19,828 nucleotides of DNA from Prasinococcaceae sp. CCMP 1430 (lineage: Eukaryota > Plantae > Prasinodermophyta), in the NCBI GenBank assembly GCA_013416795.1, contig RQSC01000653.1, positions 2,558 through 22,385 of the forward strand, in the 5' to 3' direction. The translations under genes and the position numbers were made by a program. Positions 10,147 to 19,645 of the stretch are shown piece by piece; the stretch's first letter is position 1; every line of letters starts with the position of its first letter. Under the pieces are notes generated by a model. The model made no database searches, was not told where the DNA came from, and was given only the letters and a program-made list of their open reading frames with translations.

Positions 10147-10695
10147 TCAACCTGGCCTCATCTCTGCCCAACCGCGCCCGCGCACACACGCCACCTCTTC
10201 CCCCACCCCCTCGCCCTGCGCGCGCACACGCACGTTGCGCGGGTTCGTGCCTGCCTCCGCCTGCTTGAGCCAGCACTGCCCAGCACACCACGACGCCTCC
10301 CTGCAGAACACCCATACGTTGCAGCCGCGATGTGCCGTGCAGCGTGCACAGCACTCGCCGGCATTGGCAGCGGGCGCCGCGGCACGGGGGCCCGCGCCCG
10401 CCTGCACCACGGCGCCGTCGAGCTCCACGTGCGGCCTTGACGCGCACAGCGGCGCCTGCGCGCGTGCCAGCACAGGCGGTAGGGCCGCGTGCACAGCCTT
10501 CGCGATCACAAGTGAAGCCCCCCCCCTCCTCGCCACGGACGGGGCCAGGCTCTCCAGCCTTGCCCCGCCCATCCCCCTAGCACTCAGCACATGGTGCAGG
10601 AAGGCCATCGTCGCGCCCAGCGCCCCTGCCGCGAGCACCACCGCCGCAGCCGCTCGCGCCATGCTGCGGCCGCGCCGCGTGCCACGCGGGCGCAT
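10147..10695 (-). CDS. N-terminally anchored or secreted protein with an Apple/PAN-like Cys-rich domain; possibly 3'-truncated
   Basis: ATG at 10695 or 10662, then hydrophobic [19 protein letters not shown]. Motif VELDGAVV...[20 protein letters not shown]...CAGQCWLK has the PAN/Apple-like CC..C....CNVW..C...CWLK pattern. Confidence 0.7.
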   Translation of the reverse strand: MRPRGTRRGRSMARAAAAVVLAAGALGATMAFLHHVLSARGMGGARLESLAPSVARRGGASLVIAKAVHAALPPVLARAQAPLCASRPHVELDGAVVQAGAGPRAAAPAANAGECCARCTAHRGCNVWVFCREASWCAGQCWLKQAEAGTNPRNVRVRAQGEGVGEEVACVRGRGWAEMRPG

Positions 10696-10854
10696 CGCAG
10701 CGGCCCAGACGCCGCCGCCGTCCTCCCCCCACACACCTCGCCTTCCGCCCGGTGCCACCCGCGCTCGCGGGTGGGCGCGAGCGCCGCTGCTGCGCTGCAG
10801 TGTGGCGTCCGCGAAGTCCAAGTCAGCCCACCGGCACCGAGCGTGCGTGCGTTT

Positions 10855-10902
10855 CGGGGTTTTGTTTTGAGGTAGCGGGGTTTTGTTTTGAGGTAGGGTT
10901 TA
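10855..10902. promoter_or_regulatory. 21-bp direct repeat x2 ending in a telo-box, between divergent genes
   Basis: CGGGGTTTTGTTTTGAGGTAG at 10855-10875 and 10876-10896. TAGGGTTT (reverse complement AAACCCTA) at 10894-10901. The repeat is seen directly; the regulatory role is inferred. Confidence 0.5.
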
Positions 10903-11062
10903 CACTACCGCGCCCGGCCCGGCCGGAAGGGTGCAGGTCGAGCAGCTCTATCCACACTGTGTGTGTGTGGCTCACGCTCACGCGCCGCGCTCGGCGCGGC
11001 GGGGCACTGCGCACCGGCGGGGCGGCCACACTGCGCACGGTGGGAGGGCGGGCTGGGGCGTG

Positions 11063-12882
11063 ATGGCGCTTGCTGGGGCTCGCCCAGCGGGGCGGGGCAT
11101 CGCCGCGCAGGGCGGGCGCGTGCNGCGCGCGAAGGCCTGGCTTTCAGCGGCGAGCCCGAGCCAGAGTCCGAGCCCGACGCAGTGGGTGGCGCGGCGTCGG
11201 TGTCCGGCGTCGTCGATGGCGCCGGCGCGCGCCCCCCGCCGCCACCGGTGGGAGAGGACGAGCACATGCCTGGCGCGGATGGCGACGGGGAGGGCAGCTG
11301 GGAAAAGGCGTACGAGTTCCGTGACGCCGATCTCATCGCGCGGACGCGCGACATGGCCGCGCGCCGCAGGCGGCGGCCGAAATCCGCCGACGCCAGCCGC
11401 AGCAAGGTGCGCTACATCGGCCCGCCACCGCCGGGCACGACCAAGGTGAAGCCATTTTCGTTCGACAACCGCGACAGCCGCCCGCGCAAGACGATATCGC
11501 AGATGCGCCTCGAGCAGGACCTCGCAGCTGCGAAGGCGCGCGAGGAGGCGGAGCTGAAAGTGCGCTTCAAGGCGAAGCCCATCCCCTCTAGCACGCTGCT
11601 GCCCCTGTACGCGCAGCTCGTCGAGGCATCCGAGCAGCGGCGCGACGAGGTGCGGCGCATGTGCAAGGAGTGGCTCAAGTCCGTCGAGGCGCCATTCTCC
11701 TTCCAGGACCGGCAGACCAAGTCGAGCGCGATGGCCAAGGGCCTGGCGGAGGCGCCAGGTGCCGTGCCCGAGGGCCCGGCCTTCAGGGCCAACCCCGTGC
11801 CCGCGCATGTCAAGGAGCTGCGCTACATGGAGATGGTGGCGGATGACCACAAGCGTGCTTTTGTCAACAAGGCGCTCGCCGAGGCCAAGTTCCGCGAGTC
11901 GAGCCTGCCGCCGCGCATGAAGGCGCATGCGCAGCGCCTCAAGGAGCAAGAGGGTCAAGAGGTGGTGGTGCTCGACCCCGAGTGCACCTTCAAGCCGCAC
12001 ATCAAGCACTCAATCCCGGACTTCAACGCCCAGCACGCCAAATTTGAGGCGGCGCTTGCGGCGCGCCGCAAACAGCTGCCGAGCACCGAGGTACAGCCGT
12101 TCACGCTGGCCTCAAAGGAGCGGCAGGCACAGGAACGCATCAAGCGAGACGCCATGCTTGCCAAGGCACGCAGGAAAGCCGCGCGCGACGAGGCCGAGGC
12201 CATCGAGCATCGCTGGCCATACTACTCAGAGCGCGGTGCCGTGCCCAAGAAGGCCATGCCCGACTTCACCAAGCTGCAGCGCAGCTTCGGCGAGAAGCTC
12301 AACGCGTCGCGCGCCGACTTCAAGCCGACTGTCCTGAAGCCGTTCAAGCTTGGACGTGACCAGACCGACCGTGAGATGGCGCGCAGCCGAGAGGCGCTCG
12401 CCAAGGCCGACGCGCCCGTTTTCGCGCACCAGCGCCCCACACGCGCCGAGGAGCTGCGTCTCAAGGCCACCAGGGAGGCCACCGCCGAGGGCCGCTTCGA
12501 CAGCGCGGCGGAGCGTGACGCCAAGGAGCAGCAGCGTCGCAAGCTCGATGCGAAGCGTCGTGAGGAGGCGTGGGCGGCCATGCAGAAGAAGAAGAAAGTC
12601 GAGGACGACAGCCTCGGTCTTGGCGACGGCACGGACGCGCCGCCTCCCGCGGAGGGCGTCGGCGCCGCCGTGGATGCACCCGCGATCGTGCCCGCAAAGC
12701 CCCCAGCATCGTCAGCAGCGGAGGCCGCGGCGGTCGTTGATGATGGCCACGATGGCGAGTCGTTGCATCGCCAGGCGCGTCACAAGCAGGTTGAGGAGCG
12801 CGCTGCCGCCATAGTTGAGCAGACACTCCTCGAGCACGGCGTGCTCGACTACGTCGAAGGCACGGGTTTGACTCCGCGCTGA
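11063..12882 (+). CDS. FAM161: FAM161-family (UPF0564) centriole/basal-body microtubule-binding protein; start uncertain
   Basis: KPFSFDNRD...EEAELKVRFKAKPIPSSTLLPLYAQL...RRDEVR...PFSFQDR...FRANPVP...LPPRM...FKPHI...IPDF...TEVQPF follows the FAM161A/B pattern. Possible starts: ATG 11063 (different frame, joined across the N at 11124) or ATG 11266. Stop TGA at 12880-12882. Confidence 0.85.
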
Positions 12883-13039
12883 GTTGGTCGCACTCGGCTG
12901 CCGCCGCCTCAGACCGGCGGCGCGAAAGTAGCACGGGGCTCGACTCTGCAAACGCCAGTCATTCACACACAGCAATCATGTTACAAAGTCATCAGGTTTA
13001 GTTGTGATTCCGACGCACCCCCCAGCTGCACGCACACAG

Positions 13040-13239
13040 CACCTGCGCGCGAAAGAGAGAGAGGTCCCGCCGCCGCGGAGGCGGAGGCGCCCGCTTCGCC
13101 CGCGACCGCGCTCACCCCCAGCAAGCGCGCCAACATCATGCCCGAGGGCACGCCCAAGTCGGCGATGAAGCAGCCCACGCCGCTCCAGGCGGCCACGCCG
13201 GTCGACGCGTCGCCGATGGCCGTCGACGACGCGCAGTGA
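13040..13239 (+). CDS. Orphan putative terminal exon (GPAAAEAEAPASPATALTPSKRANIMPEGTPKSAMKQPTPLQAATPVDASPMAVDDAQ*)
   Basis: Open frame with almost exclusively G/C-ending codons from ~13063, TGA at 13237-13239, and an upstream acceptor-like CACACAG ending at 13039. Parent gene unresolved (EB1 or FAM161). Confidence 0.45.
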
Positions 13240-13502
13240 GCCCGCCCGAGGGCCGCCGCTCGGACACTTCATTTCCGCAACGCGAAGGCGCGCGGCACGT
13301 AAAGCCACGACTCTGTACACGAGAGCGCGGCGCCGCGCCGCAGCGCGCGTCGACGCGCGCCCGGGGCCGCCAAGCGAGGTGTCTCGAGAGCTTACAGGGC
13401 GCGACGCGCGACGGGCCGCGCGGCTGCCGCTCGTGGCCCCGCGCGCGCGTCGCGCCCGCGCCTCCCCTCCCCTCCCCTCCCGGCGCGCCGCGCCGCGCGC
13501 GT

Positions 13503-15826
13503 CTAGAAGTCGTCCCTGCCGAGCAGCTTGGGCACGAGCGTGAAGAGCAGCGGAATGAGGCCCACGCCCGAGATGGAGAGCTTCTCGTTGGTCGAGAGGC
13601 GCGTGGTGACCTGCCCCTGCCCCCTGCTGTTGATGTTAGCGCGCACCGTCATGGCCGTGTCGGGCGTCAGGTTGAACTGGGAGGTGCCGTTGACGCCCAG
13701 CGCCGTGTCGTTGCGCCAGTGCATGAGCGAGCCGCCGATCGAGTGGCGCGTGGTGACCGAGGGATCCTTGGAGCCCAGCATGAGCTCGGCGTTGCCGCCC
13801 ATCGCCTTGTCGCCGCGCGCCTCGATCACGCCTCCCGACACCACCAGCTTGGTGCCGGGGCGGATCTTGAGGCGGTTCTCGAGCTTGACGCCCTTGGCCA
13901 CGCAGCCGGCGACCTTCGCCAGGCTGATCCCCGCCGCCGTCTTGTTCATGGCCCGGTTCTTCCAGCGCGTCTCCGCGCGCGCGGTGTACGCCATGTCCTT
14001 GCCCACCGTCTGCACGTCCACGCCCGCCGTGGACACCACGCGCTTGGTGTGCTTGACGCTCGCCTCGCCCTCCAGCGTGATGTTCGTGTCGGTCTTGTTC
14101 TTCGTGATCTGCCCCGAAATGTTGGCGGGCGTCGCCGAGCGCAGCCGCCTCTTGCGCGGCAGCACCGAGTTGGCGGCGTCCTCGACCACGAAGGGCTTCT
14201 CCATGCTGAAGCCCTCGATGCCCGTCTCGTGGTCCCAGCCGTGGCTCTCCATGACGGGGCGCATCGCCCAGCTGTTGGCGCTCTCGACGAAGCGATAGCG
14301 GTGCGCGGGCGTGTCGCCGTCGAAGGTCGGCGGCATCGCCGGGTCGGGCGCGGGCACCTCCACCTGCGGGCGCGCGGGGCCCGCCTCGGCCGCCGCCGCC
14401 GCCGCCGCCGCCTCCTCCTCCTCCTCGTCCTCGGGGAAGAGCTCCTCCTCGGGCGGGTACTCCTCGCCCTCGGCCCCGTCGTCGGCCAGCTTGCGCGGCG
14501 AGCGGCTGGTGATGAGCGAGCTCAGCAGGAAGGGCAGCGGCGCCGCCTTCTGCTGCTGCCCGCCCGCCGCGCCGCCGCGCCCGCCGGGGCCGCCGCGCTG
14601 NNNNNNNNNNNNNNNNNNNNNNNNNNNNNNNNNNNNNNNNNNNNNNNNNNNNNNNNNNNNNNNNNNNNNNNNNNNNNNNNNNNNNNNNNNNNNNNNNNNN
14701 NNNNNNNNNNNNNNNNNNNNNNNNNNNNNNNNNNNNNNNNNNNNNNNNNNNNNNNNNNNNNNNNNNNNNNNNNNNNNNNNNNNNNNNNNNNNNNNNNNNN
14801 NNNNNNNNNNNNNNNNNNNNNNNNNNNNNNNNNNNNNNNNNNNNNNNNNNNNNNNNNNNNNNNNNNNNNNNNNNNNNNNNNNNNNNNNNNNNNNNNNNNN
14901 NNNNNNNNNNNNNNNNNNNNNNNNNNNNNNNNNNNNNNNNNNNNNNNNNNNNNNNNNNNNNNNNNNNNNNNNNNNNNNNNNNNNNNNNNNNNNNNNNNNN
15001 NNNNNNNNNNNNNNNNNNNNNNNNNNNNNNNNNNNNNNNNNNNNNNNNNNNNNNNNNNNNNNNNNNNNNNNNNNNNNNNNNNNNNNNNNNNNNNNNNNNN
15101 NNNNNNNNNNNNNNNNNNNNNNNNNNNNNNNNNNNNNNNNNNNNNNNNNNNNNNNNNNNNNNNNNNNNNNNNNNNNNNNNNNNNNNNNNNNNNNNNNNNN
15201 NNNNNNNNNNNNNNNNNNNNNNNNNNNNNNNNNNNNNNNNNNNNNNNNNNNNNNNNNNNNNNNNNNNNNNNNNNNNNNNNNNNNNNNNNNNNNNNNNNNN
15301 NNNNNNNNNNNNNNNNNNNNNNNNNNNNNNNNNNNNNNNNNNNNNNNNNNNNNNNNNNNNNNNNNNNNNNNNNNNNNNNNNNNNNNNNNNNNNNNNNNNN
15401 NNNNNNNNNNNNNNNNNNNNNNNNNNNNNNNNNNNNNNNNNNNNNNNNNNNNNNNNNNNNNNNNNNNNNNNNNNNNNNNNNNNNNNNNNNNNNNNNNNNN
15501 NNNNNNNNNNNNNNNNNNNNNNNNNNNNNNNNNNNNNNNNNNNNNNNNNNNNNNNNNNNNNNNNNNNNNNNNNNNNNNNNNNNNNNNCGAGCGCGGCCTC
15601 GGCCTCCGCGGCGGCGTCGGCGGCGAGCGCCTGCGCCTGCTCCGCGGCGACGTCGGCGACGGCATCGGCGACGTCGTCGTCGTAGTCGTCCTCCTCTTCG
15701 GTGTCGCTCGGGTATTCCTCCTCGTCGTACATGGCGCCCTCTTCCTCCGAGGTGGTCACGTCGCTCTCGGAATCTGTCGCGGGCGCGGCGGCGGCGGGGC
15801 GGCGCGCGTCAGCGGCCGCCTCGCGC
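13503..15826 (-). CDS. TOC159: Toc159-family (Toc159/132/120/90) chloroplast import receptor, partial: M-domain 14600-13503, acidic A-domain fragment 15826-15588; G-domain presumably in the gap
   Basis: PLPFLLSSLITSR...VEVPAPDPAMPPTFDGDTPAHRYRFVE...W..RPVMESHGWDHETGIEG...GQITK...S.KH...AGVDVQTVGKDMAYTARAETR.KN...NKTAAGIS...GVKLENRL are characteristic M-domain motifs. Upstream acidic DSESD..EEEGAMYDEEEYPSDTEEEDDYDDD. Stop at 13505-13503. Confidence 0.92.
14601..15587. other. Assembly gap within the Toc159-family gene
   Basis: Run of N. Confidence 0.99.
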
Positions 15827-16666
15827 NNNNNNNNNNNNNNNNNNNNNNNNNNNNNNNNNNNNNNNNNNNNNNNNNNNNNNNNNNNNNNNNNNNNNNNNNN
15901 NNNNNNNNNNNNNNNNNNNNNNNNNNNNNNNNNNNNNNNNNNNNNNNNNNNNNNNNNNNNNNNNNNNNNNNNNNNNNNNNNNNNNNNNNNNNNNNNNNNN
16001 NNNNNNNNNNNNNNNNNNNNNNNNNNNNNNNNNNNNNNNNNNNNNNNNNNNNNNNNNNNNNNNNNNNNNNNNNNNNNNNNNNNNNNNNNNNNNNNNNNNN
16101 NNNNNNNNNNNNNNNNNNNNNNNNNNNNNNNNNNNNNNNNNNNNNNNNNNNNNNNNNNNNNNNNNNNNNNNNNNNNNNNNNNNNNNNNNNNNNNNNNNNN
16201 NNNNNNNNNNNNNNNNNNNNNNNNNNNNNNNNNNNNNNNNNNNNNNNNNNNNNNNNNNNNNNNNNNNNNNNNNNNNNNNNNNNNNNNNNNNNNNNNNNNN
16301 NNNNNNNNNNNNNNNNNNNNNNNNNNNNNNNNNNNNNNNNNNNNNNNNNNNNNNNNNNNNNNNNNNNNNNNNNNNNNNNNNNNNNNNNNNNNNNNNNNNN
16401 NNNNNNNNNNNNNNNNNNNNNNNNNNNNNNNNNNNNNNNNNNNNNNNNNNNNNNNNNNNNNNNNNNNNNNNNNNNNNNNNNNNNNNNNNNNNNNNNNNNN
16501 NNNNNNNNNNNNNNNNNNNNNNNNNNNNNNNNNNNNNNNNNNNNNNNNNNNNNNNNNNNNNNNNNNNNNNNNNNNNNNNNNNNNNNNNNNNNNNNNNNNN
16601 NNNNNNNNNNNNNNNNNNNNNNNNNNNNNNNNNNNNNNNNNNNNNNNNNNNNNNNNNNNNNNNNNN
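15827..16666. other. Assembly gap (probably holds the Toc159-family 5' end)
   Basis: Run of N. Confidence 0.97.
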
Positions 16667-17511
16667 CCTGGCCGCGTCGGGGCGGGCGCGCTGGCGGCGC
16701 GCGCGCGCGCTGTGGCGCCCGCCCGACGCGCAAGGATTGAAGCAAGGGATGGAAGGAAAGGAAAGGAAGGACAAAAAGGAAGGAGGCGGAAGGCGCGGCC
16801 GCCGGGCACACGCGTTCGGTCGATTTGGCCGATTGGTTGGATTGTTGATTGGGTGCGTTCGGTGGGATCGGATCCGAGGTCTGCTGTTTGCCCGCGCGCG
16901 CGCCGCGCACACCCGGCACGGGCGGAGATGTCCAACCAAGCCAGGATGAGAACTCCACCCAAGCCAAGCCAGATGGGCCAGCCAGAGGGAGCGGAGCGGC
17001 GATCCATCGATCCATCGGTCGGCAGATTTTGTTAGAGTTTTCAGCCAGCCGCCGGCCGGTCCATCGATGGATGGATCGATCGAGATCGCGGCCGCCGCCG
17101 CCACAACCAACCACCCCCACATCAGTCAGTCAGTCGGATATCGATATCCATATCATCATACCCCAAACCCGAACCCAAACTCCACCCCAAACCCCCATCA
17201 CTTTTCATCCCGTCGCGATACATTGCACGGATCCGCGAACATTTCGCACGGCATCGCGCACGTTTTTGCACTCGTCGATACCTAAAAACCTGCGGAAGGA
17301 GCAAGGGGGCTTGAGAGCGCGCGTGTGCCACCCGTGCGTGCGCCTGCGCACGCGCAGAGGTGCGCAGCAGCCCAGGCAGGGGGGTGGGGGTGGGGATGGG
17401 GGAGGCCTTGCCGCCGTGCGGTGGCCTGGCCACAGCGCGGGCGCGGGGCGTGGGCGAGGCTGCTTGGGAGGAATCCGGGGAGGGGCGCCCGGGCGCGTGT
17501 TGGCGGGGGCG
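16667..17511. promoter_or_regulatory. Putative bidirectional promoter / 5' UTR region between the Toc159-family gene and Toc34
   Basis: AT-richer, non-coding-like segment between divergent genes. ATCGAT at 17006, 17063, 17075 and 17140; perfect palindromes at 17060-17071 and 17136-17149. Confidence 0.5.
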
Positions 17512-17547
17512 ATGGCGGCGATGGCGGCGGCGGCGGCGGCGGGGCGC

Positions 17548-18483
17548 NNNNNNNNNNNNNNNNNNNNNNNNNNNNNNNNNNNNNNNNNNNNNNNNNNNNN
17601 NNNNNNNNNNNNNNNNNNNNNNNNNNNNNNNNNNNNNNNNNNNNNNNNNNNNNNNNNNNNNNNNNNNNNNNNNNNNNNNNNNNNNNNNNNNNNNNNNNNN
17701 NNNNNNNNNNNNNNNNNNNNNNNNNNNNNNNNNNNNNNNNNNNNNNNNNNNNNNNNNNNNNNNNNNNNNNNNNNNNNNNNNNNNNNNNNNNNNNNNNNNN
17801 NNNNNNNNNNNNNNNNNNNNNNNNNNNNNNNNNNNNNNNNNNNNNNNNNNNNNNNNNNNNNNNNNNNNNNNNNNNNNNNNNNNNNNNNNNNNNNNNNNNN
17901 NNNNNNNNNNNNNNNNNNNNNNNNNNNNNNNNNNNNNNNNNNNNNNNNNNNNNNNNNNNNNNNNNNNNNNNNNNNNNNNNNNNNNNNNNNNNNNNNNNNN
18001 NNNNNNNNNNNNNNNNNNNNNNNNNNNNNNNNNNNNNNNNNNNNNNNNNNNNNNNNNNNNNNNNNNNNNNNNNNNNNNNNNNNNNNNNNNNNNNNNNNNN
18101 NNNNNNNNNNNNNNNNNNNNNNNNNNNNNNNNNNNNNNNNNNNNNNNNNNNNNNNNNNNNNNNNNNNNNNNNNNNNNNNNNNNNNNNNNNNNNNNNNNNN
18201 NNNNNNNNNNNNNNNNNNNNNNNNNNNNNNNNNNNNNNNNNNNNNNNNNNNNNNNNNNNNNNNNNNNNNNNNNNNNNNNNNNNNNNNNNNNNNNNNNNNN
18301 NNNNNNNNNNNNNNNNNNNNNNNNNNNNNNNNNNNNNNNNNNNNNNNNNNNNNNNNNNNNNNNNNNNNNNNNNNNNNNNNNNNNNNNNNNNNNNNNNNNN
18401 NNNNNNNNNNNNNNNNNNNNNNNNNNNNNNNNNNNNNNNNNNNNNNNNNNNNNNNNNNNNNNNNNNNNNNNNNNNNNNNNNNN
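17548..18483. other. Assembly gap upstream of or within Toc34
   Basis: Run of N. Confidence 0.99.
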
Positions 18484-18484
18484 G

Positions 18485-19645
18485 ATGGGGCTGGCGCCGC
18501 GCCCCGCCGACTCGGCGGCGGCGGGCGCCCCGGCGGACGCGTCGGAGTCCGAGGGGGAGTCGGTCGCGGCGTCGTGGGCGGGCCTCGCGGCGATGCCCGC
18601 GGCCACGCAGGCGGCGCTGCTCGCGACCGTGCGCGAGATGCAGGCCAAGGGGCGCGACAGCCTGACCGTGCTGCTGGTGGGCAAGGCCGGCATGGGCCGC
18701 TCCGCGCTGTGCAACAGCATGCTCGGCGAGCGCGTCGTCGCGGGCCCGGGCGGCGTCTTCGCGCGGGGCGCGCCGGGCGCGGGCGCGGACGCGCCGCGCT
18801 CGTACTCGCGGAGCGCGGCGGGCTTCACGCTGACCGTGATCGACACGCCGCCGCTGGTGGAGGGCGACTGCGTCGACGAGTCGGCCGTCGCGGCGCTCAG
18901 CGAGTTCGTGGGCGACCTGGAGGACGGCGTCGACGTGGTGGCGTACGTGGATCGCCTGGACAACTACCGCTGCGACGCGCGCGACCGCGAGTGCTGCCAG
19001 GCGATCACGCGCGCGTTCGGCGGGCGCGTGTGGGAGCGCACCGTGCTCGCGCTCACGCGCGGGCAGTACACGGTGCCCATGGAGGGGGTGAGCTACGACG
19101 ACTACCTGGAGAAGCGCTCCGAGGCGCTCGCGGGCTGCGCGCGCGGCGCGGGCGCGCCCGCGCGGGCGGCGCTGCTCGCCGTGCCGTGCGAGAACGGCAG
19201 CCGCTGCGCGACCAACGAGGGCGGGGAGAAGGTGACCCCCGACGGCGCGGCGTGGCTGCCCACGCTGTTCGCAGCGTGCGCGGAGACGGCGCTCGCGGCG
19301 GGCGACGGGCCCATGCACCACGACGCGGAGCGCATGGCGCGCTCGTGCGACCGCAAGGGCCGCCTGTGGATGCTGCCGCTGCTCGCGCTGCAGGCGGCGG
19401 TGCTCTTCCCGCTGGCGCGCGCGGCGTGCCGGTGGGACAACGAGCGCGAGCTCAAGGAGCGCACGCCGCGCCGCGCGCCCGCCACGCTGCCCAAGGCGGT
19501 GGCGGACGCGATGGCGGCCAGCGAGGACGACGACCTGCTCGGCGGCGGCGGGGCGGTCGTGGGGGCCGCGGACGCGGCGAGCAGCGACGTGTCCCTCGAT
19601 GACTTCGAGGACGACGAGGACGACGACGAGGACTTCGAGGCCTAG
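18485..19645 (+). CDS. TOC34: Toc34/Toc33 chloroplast outer-envelope import receptor with degenerate GTPase motifs; true start may be upstream (e.g. ATG 17512)
   Basis: Collinear with plant Toc34: WAGL..MPAATQ..LL...SLTVLLVGK.G.G.S...NS.LGERVV...SRS.AGFTLTVIDTP.LVEG...DVVAYVDRLDNYR.D..D......IT..FG..VW...YDDYLEKRSEAL...EN..RC..NEGGEKV.PDG.AWLP.L, then TM WMLPLLALQAAVLFPL and an acidic tail. Stop TAG at 19643-19645. Confidence 0.95.
   Translation: MGLAPRPADSAAAGAPADASESEGESVAASWAGLAAMPAATQAALLATVREMQAKGRDSLTVLLVGKAGMGRSALCNSMLGERVVAGPGGVFARGAPGAGADAPRSYSRSAAGFTLTVIDTPPLVEGDCVDESAVAALSEFVGDLEDGVDVVAYVDRLDNYRCDARDRECCQAITRAFGGRVWERTVLALTRGQYTVPMEGVSYDDYLEKRSEALAGCARGAGAPARAALLAVPCENGSRCATNEGGEKVTPDGAAWLPTLFAACAETALAAGDGPMHHDAERMARSCDRKGRLWMLPLLALQAAVLFPLARAACRWDNERELKERTPRRAPATLPKAVADAMAASEDDDLLGGGGAVVGAADAASSDVSLDDFEDDEDDDEDFEA

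Noticed and set aside
9154-10440. 428-aa ORF as a full EB1
   Set aside because: Only 9856-9993 is EB1-like. The rest is UTR, off-frame exon 1, intron and antisense Apple-gene sequence.
13236-19602. Very long ORFs running through X tracts
   Set aside because: Artefacts of translating N-gaps; frame across gaps is unknown.
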